Assembly: GCA_963767745.1 (NCBI GenBank)
Contig: CAVYFF010000001.1
Location: 116,614-180,613 of the forward strand
Origin: an uncultured Acidobacteriaceae bacterium
GTDB taxonomy: Bacteria; Acidobacteriota; Terriglobia; Terriglobales; Acidobacteriaceae
Length of the DNA: 64,000 bases
Reading direction: 5' to 3'
Part shown: positions 41,054 to 49,236 of the stretch, in pieces
Numbering within the stretch: the stretch's first letter is position 1
Layout of the letters: every line of letters starts with the position of its first letter
Made by a program: the position numbers and the translations under genes
Notes under the pieces: generated by a model
Seen by the model: only the letters and a program-made list of their open reading frames with translations
Told to the model about the DNA's origin: nothing
Databases searched by the model: none

Positions 41054-41313
41054 AAGGACAATCGTTCAATCCTCCCAATCCAGGCATTGCACAGCACAGC
41101 AGGTGTTCCATAAGGGCCACCCCCTGTTCCGAAACGTACAGCCGATACCTATCCCCGTGGCCGGAAACCCTTGCCGGGCACAGAGAATCCCGCCAACCCT
41201 ACTTGGCCGTCCAAATGCACTGTCCTGTTCGGATGATTCCCAGGCATACTTCCGCAACGTTGTTGCTGCCCTCCCTGGATAGCTATCCCTGGTCAACATG
41301 GGAGAATGGAAGC

Positions 41314-42441
41314 ATGTCCTCACGTCCGTCCAGCCTGCGGTCTCCGCGGGCAAAGGCCTCGCTGATTGTGATCCTGGTGATCGCGCTGGCGGCCTTCAAC
41401 TGGATGGTGCCCCCGCATCATGTGATTTTGCACAACGTGCTCCATCACCTCAACATCTTGCCCTTCATGTTGGCAGGCATGTTCTTCGGCTGGCGCGGAG
41501 CGCTCAAAACCATCCTGCTGGCCACCGTGTTACAGGGCCCCTCCATTTACCGTCACTGGTTCCAAGAGCCCCTGGATGCGCAGGACCAGGTGGTAGAAAT
41601 CAGTACCTTCGGCCTGGCTGCGGTGATAGCCGGTCTTCTGGCCGACCGTGAACGCACCCAGCGAAGACGGGTGGAAGCGACCAAGGTTGAACTGGAGCAT
41701 GTGTATACAGAGCTGCAACAGAATATTGATCATCTAAAAAAGACTGAGCGGCTCACCGCTGCCGGCCAACTGTCGGCCAGCCTGGCCCATGAGATCCGCA
41801 ATCCGTTGGCAAGCATCAGCGGAGCGGCCGGGCTTCTGGCACGCGGGCAAATCTCTGCCGAAGCCCGCACCGAGTGCCTCGAGATCCTCACCAAGGAGTC
41901 CCAGCGGCTCAACAAGCTACTCACGAACTTTCTCGATTTCGCTCGTCCGCGCCTGCCCCGTCTGCAGCGCGCAGAACCATTGGAGCTGCTTCAGTCGGTC
42001 ACGGCGCTTGCCCAGCACACCGCCACCCGTCAAGGCATAACGCTGCGGTTGGTTTCAGCAGGGGAGCCGCGTGAGATCGAGTGCGATCCGGAACAGATTA
42101 AGCAGCTGTTACTGAATCTAATTCTCAACGCCATCCAGGCGACAGATGGGGAAGGAGAGGTCGCAGTCCGCATTTTGTTTTCCGAAGACAGCGTGTGCGT
42201 CGATGTCTGCGATCGGGGTTCCGGTATCGCGGCAGAGGATCGGGAGCGTATCTTCGATCCCTTTTTCACCACCAAGGAGAATGGAACCGGGCTCGGCCTT
42301 GCCATTGCATTGAACATAGCCACACAGCACGGCGGGACAGTCGCCTGCAGACCCAATGACGGCGGCGGTTCCGTCTTTCGCATGGAACTGCCTGTCCTGG
42401 CAGCGACCGCACAGCAATCTACCAAGGCAGAAGCGCTATGA
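41314..42441 (+). CDS. membrane sensor histidine kinase (HisKA/HATPase_c)
   Basis: ORF 40891..42441 trimmed to MSSRPSSLRSPRAKASLIVILVIAL. It has about 4 TM helices and no large periplasmic loop. The H-box is SLAHEIRNPL, with N/G boxes LILNAIQAT and GTGLGLAI. Confidence 0.8.
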   Translation: MSSRPSSLRSPRAKASLIVILVIALAAFNWMVPPHHVILHNVLHHLNILPFMLAGMFFGWRGALKTILLATVLQGPSIYRHWFQEPLDAQDQVVEISTFGLAAVIAGLLADRERTQRRRVEATKVELEHVYTELQQNIDHLKKTERLTAAGQLSASLAHEIRNPLASISGAAGLLARGQISAEARTECLEILTKESQRLNKLLTNFLDFARPRLPRLQRAEPLELLQSVTALAQHTATRQGITLRLVSAGEPREIECDPEQIKQLLLNLILNAIQATDGEGEVAVRILFSEDSVCVDVCDRGSGIAAEDRERIFDPFFTTKENGTGLGLAIALNIATQHGGTVACRPNDGGGSVFRMELPVLAATAQQSTKAEAL

Positions 42442-43829
42442 GCCCCAATCACATCCTGGTGGTCGACGATGACAGCAGCTTGCGCCGGGTCATGAAGATG
42501 CAATTGGAAGAGGCTGGTTATGAGGTATCTCTGGCCGCGGACGGAGACCAAGGCTGGAAGATGCTAAGGGAGGTGGAACCCCAACTCATCATCACTGACC
42601 TGAAAATGCCTACCACTGGACTGGAGCTTCTCGCCCGCGTCACGAAAGAAGGTATGCAGACGACGGTCATCGTGGTGACTGCGTTCGGCACCATAGAAAC
42701 CGCGGTAGAAGCCATGAAGATGGGCGCTTACGATTACGTGACCAAGCCCATCGACTTCGAAGCCCTCGTCCTGATTGTGCATCGCGCGATGGAGCGGCAG
42801 AACCTGCTTGAAGAAGTGCGCACACTGCGTTCAGCGCTTGATCAGCGTTACGGGTTCTCCGGCATTGTTGGCCACTCCAAAGGCCTCCTCCGCGTGCTCG
42901 ATCAGGCGGCGCGCGTATCCCAGAGAACCACGACGGTGCTCATTCGGGGAGAGACTGGTACGGGCAAGGAACTCGTAGCCCGTGCGATTCATCACAATAG
43001 CCGCCGAAGCAATCGGCCGTTCGTCGCCGTCAACTGCGGCGCGATACCCCGAGACCTGGTGGAATCCGAACTCTTCGGCTATGTGCGGGGAGCATTCACG
43101 GGAGCGCTCTCGAATAAGCTCGGACGTTTTGAGTCTGCCGACGGGGGCACAATTTTTCTCGACGAGGTAGGGGAACTTCCACTGGAAGCCCAGGTCAAAC
43201 TTTTGCGAGTCCTCCAGGAGGGCGAAGTACACAAGCTTGGCGCGAGTACGCCGCTCAAAGTAGACGTTCGCGTCATCGCAGCCACCCATCGCGACCTCTC
43301 CGCAATGGTAGAAGACCAGACTTTTCGCGAAGACCTTTACTACCGGCTCGCAGTCGTTCCGTTGACGGTGCCTCCTCTGCGGGAGCGGCGCGAAGACATC
43401 CCCGAGTTAATTGATAGCTTGTTTCAACGAGCCAAAGAGCGGCATGGTCTACTCGATGTGAAGATGGCCGCCGCTGTGCACCAACGGTTAATTTCGTATC
43501 GTTGGCCGGGCAACGTGCGTCAACTTGAAAATGTGCTGGAGCGTTTGGTGGTTCTCGCTTCTGGAGATCTGATCACCGCGGATGATTTGCCTGAAGAGCT
43601 GGTGCCGGTCTCTCCCAGCACTGCCGTCCTGTGGCCAAACTTGCCTGAAGAAGGCATCAGCCTGGAAGCGGTCGAACGCGAACTGATTAGCCGCGCTCTG
43701 GAAAGGTTCGATGGAAACCAATCCCAGGCCGCCCGCTACCTCGACATCAGCCGCCGCACCCTGATCTATCGCATGGAGAAGCACGGCCTGGGCAAAGTAG
43801 ATCCCGAAACCGCAGAAAACCTCCCCTAG
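42438..43829 (+). CDS. sigma-54-dependent response regulator (NtrC/ZraR-type enhancer-binding protein)
   Basis: 463-aa ORF. REC is ILVVDDD..ITDLKMP. The AAA+ domain has GETGTGKE, GAFTGA and FLDEVGELP. A Fis-type HTH is at the C-terminus. It has an ATGA overlap with the kinase gene. Confidence 0.9.
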   Translation: MSPNHILVVDDDSSLRRVMKMQLEEAGYEVSLAADGDQGWKMLREVEPQLIITDLKMPTTGLELLARVTKEGMQTTVIVVTAFGTIETAVEAMKMGAYDYVTKPIDFEALVLIVHRAMERQNLLEEVRTLRSALDQRYGFSGIVGHSKGLLRVLDQAARVSQRTTTVLIRGETGTGKELVARAIHHNSRRSNRPFVAVNCGAIPRDLVESELFGYVRGAFTGALSNKLGRFESADGGTIFLDEVGELPLEAQVKLLRVLQEGEVHKLGASTPLKVDVRVIAATHRDLSAMVEDQTFREDLYYRLAVVPLTVPPLRERREDIPELIDSLFQRAKERHGLLDVKMAAAVHQRLISYRWPGNVRQLENVLERLVVLASGDLITADDLPEELVPVSPSTAVLWPNLPEEGISLEAVERELISRALERFDGNQSQAARYLDISRRTLIYRMEKHGLGKVDPETAENLP

Positions 43830-43878
43830 CTCTGCTACGCTCCGGCCCTGACCAAATTCCATTTCATCTGAACCAGAA

Positions 43879-44109
43879 CAAGCCATCGTAGCGACGGGCG
43901 TCGCCGCTCAGTCAGAACTTGTTTGGAGCACCGGGCCGGAATTGAACCGGCGAATACTGGTTTTGCAGACCAGCGCGTTAGCCACTTCGCCACCGGTGCT
44001 CACTCGCTCTGAGGCAGCCTTATCAAGGCTGCCCTCAGAGTTTACCTACTTTGCCTGGCTGACAAGGTCTTTCTTTGCCAGGTACCACGTTTCTACCGCC
44101 AGGCCCGCC
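43879..44109 (-). repeat. right copy of ~230-bp direct repeat (flank + tRNA-Cys + peroxiredoxin 3' end)
   Basis: Aligns with 34801-35034. Confidence 0.85.
43924..43999 (-). tRNA. tRNA-Cys(GCA): tRNA-Cys (anticodon GCA), second copy
   Basis: Identical to 34844-34919 except for one D-loop base (AGTGG vs AGCGG). Confidence 0.85.
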
Positions 44110-44714
44110 CCACCGCCGTTGGTCCGCTTGCGCGCGTCTTCCACGGTAACCGGAGCCGGGACGATGACGGAATCACCAACCTTCCAGTTAGCAGGCACGG
44201 ATACCCCATTGCCGTCGATCGTCTGCAGCGCTTCGAAAATGCGGATCAGCTCATCCACATTGCGCCCCAACTGCATCGGGTAGTAAACGATGGCGCGGAT
44301 ATTCTGCTTGGGATCGATCGCGAAGACAGCCCGTACCGTGGCTGTATCCGAGGCTGCCTCATGTACCAGGCCATATAGCTGCGACACTTTCTGGTCGAGA
44401 TCGGCAACGACCGGGAATTTTACTTCCACCCCGGCGTTGCGCTCGATGTCACGCACCCAGGCGATATGGGAGTAAATGCTGTCAATCGACACGCCGATCA
44501 ACTGCACGTTCAATCTCTCAAAATCAGCCGAGCGGCGTGCGAATTCAATGAACTCCGTGGTGCACACCGGGGTGAAATCGGAAGGGTGGGAAAACAGCAA
44601 TACGTACTTGCCCTTGGCGGTGTAATCGCTCAACTGGATGATGCCGTGCGTGCTCTTTGCTTTGAAGTCCGGCGCCTGTTCGAGAATGCGTGGAATGCGG
44701 GATTCAGTGCTCAT
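44046..44714 (-). CDS. 1-Cys peroxiredoxin (Prx6-like)
   Basis: ORF 44046..45071 trimmed to MSTESRIPRILEQAPDFKAKST. It carries the motifs LFSHPSDFTPVCTTE and SHIAW. Confidence 0.85.
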   Translation of the reverse strand: MSTESRIPRILEQAPDFKAKSTHGIIQLSDYTAKGKYVLLFSHPSDFTPVCTTEFIEFARRSADFERLNVQLIGVSIDSIYSHIAWVRDIERNAGVEVKFPVVADLDQKVSQLYGLVHEAASDTATVRAVFAIDPKQNIRAIVYYPMQLGRNVDELIRIFEALQTIDGNGVSVPANWKVGDSVIVPAPVTVEDARKRTNGGGAGLAVETWYLAKKDLVSQAK

Positions 44715-45544
44715 GTGGGTTTCCTCGTGAAAACGCGGTTGGCAGTAGGCCTTCGGGGCGCTGTTTCCGGGCTTGCTTCCAAGCACAAGGGAACCCGCGG
44801 CGGGGGCCGGCTGCGGGTGAGTGGATACGTATGTCAGGATTCGAAGCTTGCGATTCGATCTAGGAACACACCCGCAGCGTGCAGCAGCGACAGCAACAGC
44901 AGCTGCAACAGAGGGAGCCGGGGTGGTGAGAGATCTTTGGCATTTCTCAAGTAGGAAGCGACGGGCTTCGACTCGTTCTAGAATAGAACCGGCTGCATGA
45001 GGTGTCAAACCTCGCTCTTGTGCATGAGCCAGAACCAAACACCGGGCGGAATGAAATAAAAAAGGGAACACGCCGAGTCGTTGCTGGAATTTTCATTTCG
45101 GGCAGCACTGATCTTGCAGCAAAAGAGCGTCTTTTCCTTGAACGATTCACATGCTTTCAACAGGGCTGATGACGCGTATACGCAAGACTGGCAACGCGAC
45201 ACCGCCTCGCGGTGGAACCTGAACAAAAAAACAAGTCGCACTTCGCTTCATCTTCTCCGTTTACACATCGCTTTCATCTTCGTACTCTGTGCAAGCGTTG
45301 CTTTCGAGGTAACGCAACTGTCGGCCTTGAAATCTGACAACTAAATTCAGATCGGACGCGCTTGGATGGGCGCTGCTGCTGGACGAAGACCTGCTGTCCC
45401 ATCGTGCATGGTGACTGCAAAAGGGTCCCTATTCGCCAGGCGCTGCCATTCACGACGCGATTTCTTCCGTTCTCTCCCCCAGCTGCGGACATGTGCTGTG
45501 TGCCCGCGTTTCACAACTCCTTTGAAAGGAGACATTCAGGATCC

Positions 45545-45991
45545 ATGAGGCCAAAGAAAACCATTTTATGTGTCGATGACAACGAGCAGTCGCTTTCCGT
45601 TCGCAAATTCCTGCTCGAAACTCGCGGGTATCGGGTGCTGACCGCATCCGGTAGCCAACAGGCATTGGAGTTATTTCGTGAAGGAGGGATCGATCTGGTT
45701 TTGAGCGACCTGATCATGCCCTATATGGATGGCAACGAGCTCATACGCCGCATGAAGGAGCTGGCGCCGGAAGTGCCGGCCATCCTGATCAGCGGCAGCG
45801 TGAAGGCATTCGATCGCGCCAATCGTGCCGATGCCTTCTTGCCCAAGGGTGCTTGTTCGCCGGTTGAGCTGCTGGAGCGCATTCGCGTGATGGTAGCCCG
45901 CAAGCGCGGCCCCAAGAAGGGACACGGCTTGCGGCCGCTGTTGGCCGACCACCAGCCGGAGAGCACCGATTCGCTGGTAGTAGGCGTTTGA
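45545..45991 (+). CDS. stand-alone response-regulator receiver (REC) protein
   Basis: ORF 45362..45991 trimmed to the ATG after AAAGGAGAC. It reads MRPKKTILCVDDNEQS..DLVLSDLIMPYMDG..PAILISG, with no output domain. Confidence 0.75.
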   Translation: MRPKKTILCVDDNEQSLSVRKFLLETRGYRVLTASGSQQALELFREGGIDLVLSDLIMPYMDGNELIRRMKELAPEVPAILISGSVKAFDRANRADAFLPKGACSPVELLERIRVMVARKRGPKKGHGLRPLLADHQPESTDSLVVGV

Positions 45992-46018
45992 TGGCGGCTC
46001 TCGCTCGAGAGCCGCGGT

Positions 46019-46717
46019 TTGCCGGTTACAATCAGGAACGTGCAGCCCATCATTGAGGCAAAGAACGTCAGCAAGGTTTACCGTGCGGGTAAGGTAGAGG
46101 TTCCTGCCCTCAGAGAAGTGTCGTTCTCCGTTCCGCCGGGCGAGTTCGTCAGCATCGTCGGACCCTCCGGCAGCGGCAAATCGACGCTCTTCTACATCCT
46201 TGGGGGTCTGACGCGTGCGACCTCGGGCAGCGTCTTGATCGATGGCGTCGATTTTGCGCAGCTGACCGACTCCCGGCGTACCGTCTTGCGTAAGACGAAG
46301 ATTGGCTTTGTCTTTCAGAAGTTCAATCTGTTGCCTACGCTGACGGCGCGAAGCAATATAGAAATCGCGCGCGAGATCGCCGCCAGCCACCAGCCGCAGG
46401 ACGAAGAGCTTCTTCGACATCTCAGCGAGATGCTCGGCATAACCGGGCGTCTCGATCACCGTCCTTCGGAGCTTTCGGGCGGAGAGCAGCAGCGCGTGGC
46501 CATTGCCCGCGCGCTCATCACGCGCCCTGCCATTATTCTTGCGGATGAACCGACCGGCAACCTCGATACCGTCAATTCGGACGCTGTGCTGGAGATGCTC
46601 CGGCGCTCCAACAAAGAGTTCAAGCAGACGGTGTTGATGATCACCCACAACCCTGAGGCCGCCGCGATTGGAGACCGCATCCTGCACATGCGCGACGGCC
46701 GTCTGCTGGACGCATAG
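46019..46717 (+). CDS. MacB/LolD-type ABC transporter ATP-binding protein (no adjacent permease)
   Basis: 232-aa ORF. Walker A is GPSGSGKST, the signature is LSGGEQQR and Walker B is ILADEPT. The H-loop is ITHN. Confidence 0.85.
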   Translation: MPVTIRNVQPIIEAKNVSKVYRAGKVEVPALREVSFSVPPGEFVSIVGPSGSGKSTLFYILGGLTRATSGSVLIDGVDFAQLTDSRRTVLRKTKIGFVFQKFNLLPTLTARSNIEIAREIAASHQPQDEELLRHLSEMLGITGRLDHRPSELSGGEQQRVAIARALITRPAIILADEPTGNLDTVNSDAVLEMLRRSNKEFKQTVLMITHNPEAAAIGDRILHMRDGRLLDA

Positions 46718-46729
46718 GCCGCCGCAGGC

Positions 46730-47263
46730 GTGATCTCCATGACCACCTGGGTACTTTTTGCCGGGCTGCCTGGAACCGGCAAGAGCACGCTTGCCCGGGC
46801 GATGGCAGAGCGCCTGGGCGCGGCCGTTCTCGATAAGGATCGTGTGCGCGGCGCGCTGTTTCCCGGCACGCTGACGGACTACACCGCGCCACAGGATGAA
46901 TTGTGCATGCGCGCGATGCTGGATGCGGCCTCCTACCTGACGCAGCACCGGCGCGTGGACTACATCTTTTTCGATGGGCGTACCTTCTCCACGCGGGCGC
47001 AGGTGGAAGAGGTCCTGCACGCGGCGAAACGTGCCGGAGTTCGCTGGCGCATCCTCCATCTGACCTGTGCGGATGTGGTCGCGGAAGCGCGCCTGGCGCA
47101 GAACGATCCCACCCATCCGGCGCAGAATCGCGATCCGGGGCTCTATCGCACGATCAAACAGCATTTCGAGCCCATTCCGGAGGAGAAACTGGAGGTTGAT
47201 ACAACTTTGGGCATAGAGGGGCACTTGGCGGCGGTCGAGGCGTATCTCCGGGGTGGGGAATAG
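46730..47263 (+). CDS. P-loop kinase/AAA-like ATP-binding protein
   Basis: 177-aa ORF with Walker A GLPGTGKSTLA followed by LDKDRVR. It is small-kinase-like. Confidence 0.6.
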   Translation: MISMTTWVLFAGLPGTGKSTLARAMAERLGAAVLDKDRVRGALFPGTLTDYTAPQDELCMRAMLDAASYLTQHRRVDYIFFDGRTFSTRAQVEEVLHAAKRAGVRWRILHLTCADVVAEARLAQNDPTHPAQNRDPGLYRTIKQHFEPIPEEKLEVDTTLGIEGHLAAVEAYLRGGE

Positions 47264-47316
47264 GGCCCTGCGTTGACCCGGCGGTAAGCCGACCGATATA
47301 CTGCCTCAGGACGTAT

Positions 47317-47391
47317 GCGGGAGTAGCTCAGTGGTAGAGCATCGCCTTGCCAAGGCGAGGGTCGCGGGTTCAAGTCCCGTCTCCCGCTCCA
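47317..47391 (+). tRNA. tRNA-Gly(GCC): tRNA-Gly (anticodon GCC)
   Basis: GCGGGAG-TA-GCTCAGTGGTAGAGC-A-TCGCCTTGCCAAGGCGA-GGGTC-GCGGGTTCAAGTCCCGT-CTCCCGC-T-CCA. The cloverleaf pairs. Confidence 0.9.
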
Positions 47392-47477
47392 GGTAGCTGC
47401 CCCACCGCCGGAATGGTCTGAAAGTCGCATTTGCCGGACCAGTTTCTGCCCGGCGCGGCATTACAATTGTTCAAGAT

Positions 47478-47552
47478 GGCGCGGTACCCAAGCGGTAAGG
47501 GAGAGGTCTGCAAAACCTTTATGCGTCGGTTCGATTCCGACCCGCGCCTCCA
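47478..47552 (+). tRNA. tRNA-Cys(GCA): tRNA-Cys (anticodon GCA), distinct sequence type
   Basis: GGCGCGG..GAGGTCTGCAAAACCTT..GTCGGTTCGATTCCGAC-CCGCGCC-T-CCA. It lies 86 nt after tRNA-Gly. Confidence 0.85.
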
Positions 47553-47716
47553 TCCTTCCAGCAAAAGCACTGTAGGACCTTCTCGAAGTGCGCCACCAGG
47601 CCTGCGCGAGGTTCGTCCAGGACATCTCTAGCTCGCAAGCAAGAATAAGCACATTCGTCTGGGGCCCACACGCCTTCGATGACGCGGAAGTCGCGCTCTC
47701 GGTCTTCGTCAAAATT

Positions 47717-47851
47717 CCCACAAACTCGTCATTCTGAGCGGAGCGCCTCACAGATGAGCCGCTTGAAACAGCGCTTGTGGCGCGGAGTCGAAGAACCCCA
47801 GCGATGCCTGTCTCACCGGTACTGTTAGCGGCTCTTCAACCACCGAAGCCC
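47717..47851 (+). repeat. family A repeat, fourth copy
   Basis: CCCACAAACTCGTCATTCTGAGCGGAGCGCCTCAC...GTCGAAGAACCCC...CAACCACCGAAGCCC is collinear with 3357-3492. Confidence 0.85.
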
Positions 47852-47897
47852 TTTGAGGCTAGCCGGCTACTTGCGCAGCGTATAACGAACGAAAAGC

Positions 47898-47927
47898 AAA
47901 AAAGCGGGTGCGATGTGAATCGCACCC
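47898..47927 (-). terminator. Rho-independent terminator after the BON-domain gene
   Basis: The minus strand reads GGGTGCGAT-TCAC-ATCGCACCC-GCTTTTTT, a 9-bp perfect stem with a T-run. It lies 30 nt past the stop at 47958. Confidence 0.7.
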
Positions 47928-47957
47928 TGGTGAAAGTTCTAATGGAACACGTGTCCG

Positions 47958-48740
47958 CTAGTTCTTCTCCGATTTGCCTGCGACCGTGAGGTCGTTGGTC
48001 ACTTTGAAGATTCCAGGTACCGAGTTGGCGCGTATACCAGCGACATCCTTGTCCATCTGACTATCGACCACACCGTAGAGTGTCACATTGCCGTTTTGCA
48101 CCGAGATGCGGATTGGCTTCGCCGGGTCCAGGGCGTATTTGTTTAGCGTAGGAAATCCGTAAATGGTCCGAAACAGCTGAAGACGCGAGCGGTCATCCAT
48201 TGGCGAAAGCGGATCGACACGAACCTCGTTGACCACATTCTTCACCCCCGGCGTGTTGGCAGCCAGCGCGAGGGCGGAGGATGCGTCGATAGGCCCGTAG
48301 GCGTCGCCCGACAGCGTTGCGGTGCCATCCTGCACTTGAACCGAAATTGCGTTGAACGGCGTCGTGCCGTAACCGACGCGATCATAGGAAATGGCTTTGA
48401 CGAGCTTTGCCTCCACCACGGAATCGGGAAGGTTTGGACCCGCAACCTGGATCTCGTTTGCCACGGCCTGCACCCCCTTGATTTTATGAGTGCGTTTGTC
48501 CGCCTCTTGTTTGAGGTCGAAGAGTGGCACGGTTCCGGTCAAGGTAACGACTCCGTCATGTGCAGTCGCCTTAACTCCCTTCAGGTTCGGCTTATTCAAC
48601 GCCTTGTTAATGACCTCGGCCTGCAGGTTAGTGTCGTTCTGGGCAGGCTGCGCCGCTGCAACCGCATATGGTAAAGCGGAAACAGATACTCCGAGGACCA
48701 AGGCCAGTGCGGGAATGAACCTATAATTTGCGCGTTTCAT
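47958..48740 (-). CDS. secreted protein with three BON domains
   Basis: ORF 47958..48935 trimmed to MKRANYRFIPALALVLGVSVSALPYAVA. The three units are DGVVTLTGTV..GVQAVANEIQV, DGTATLSGDA..GVKNVVNEVRV and NGNVTLYGVV..GIFKVTNDLTV. Confidence 0.75.
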   Translation of the reverse strand: MKRANYRFIPALALVLGVSVSALPYAVAAAQPAQNDTNLQAEVINKALNKPNLKGVKATAHDGVVTLTGTVPLFDLKQEADKRTHKIKGVQAVANEIQVAGPNLPDSVVEAKLVKAISYDRVGYGTTPFNAISVQVQDGTATLSGDAYGPIDASSALALAANTPGVKNVVNEVRVDPLSPMDDRSRLQLFRTIYGFPTLNKYALDPAKPIRISVQNGNVTLYGVVDSQMDKDVAGIRANSVPGIFKVTNDLTVAGKSEKN

Positions 48741-49236
48741 TTTGCTTGTTCTCCTATGTTCTTTGCCGGGCAACAGCAGGGCCACACTCACGCGAACTCG
48801 ATCGCTGCAGCGGAATCGGGCATTGAAAAGCCCCTGTCGAAAGCGCTTCTCAGTGATTTCCATCGCCACTACCCGCTTCTCCGCCCCTTTATTTGAACCC
48901 GCTCCGGAGCAGGAAGTTTCGCTATACGCGTACACGATCGTGCTGGGAAACGGAGCGCGTTAGGGCAACCGCTGGTCGCCGCCTCGCCACATAAGCAAAC
49001 CCGCTGTCGGCGGATTTCGGGCCTCAGCAGAGGAGTAGACTTGTGTTGCTTGGATCACGGTCAGCTATGTGGAGCTGAACCCCGTGAGGTACGCAGATGG
49101 TGCGAGCTGGCAACCCATCAATGGAGAGGTTTGCAGGATAGTTCCCGGGCGTTTGAGAAACTAAAAAATCGGTCCAGCGTTTCATCCCAATTGCAAAAAT
49201 TTTGAATCTAATCCCCATCTAATCCGGGAGGAAACT

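Noticed and set aside
35141-43878. Integrase, transposase, phage or conjugation genes inside the tRNA-flanked module
   Set aside because: None of the six-frame ORFs shows the expected motifs. All long alternative ORFs here (35166..35876, 37377..37889, 37953..38903, 38939..39568, 42030..42551) are shadows of czcA, czcB or the kinase gene.
44715-45071. Upstream extension of the peroxiredoxin ORF (341 aa in track)
   Set aside because: The Prx6 homology begins at MSTESRIP (44714). The upstream part is low-complexity (AAAVAVAAARCG).
45671-47224. 517-aa minus-strand ORF, one of the longest in the track
   Set aside because: It lies antisense to three well-supported plus-strand genes (REC, ABC ATPase with Walker and signature motifs, P-loop kinase). 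Its translation is Arg/Ala/Gly-rich with no recognisable motif. It is a typical GC-rich shadow ORF.
48741-49236. Sigma-54-like strings (CTGGCAACCCATCAATGG, TGGAGAGGTTTGCAGG) upstream of the DUF4331 gene
   Set aside because: The GG-to-GC spacing is wrong by 2 nt, or the -12 TTGC is missing.
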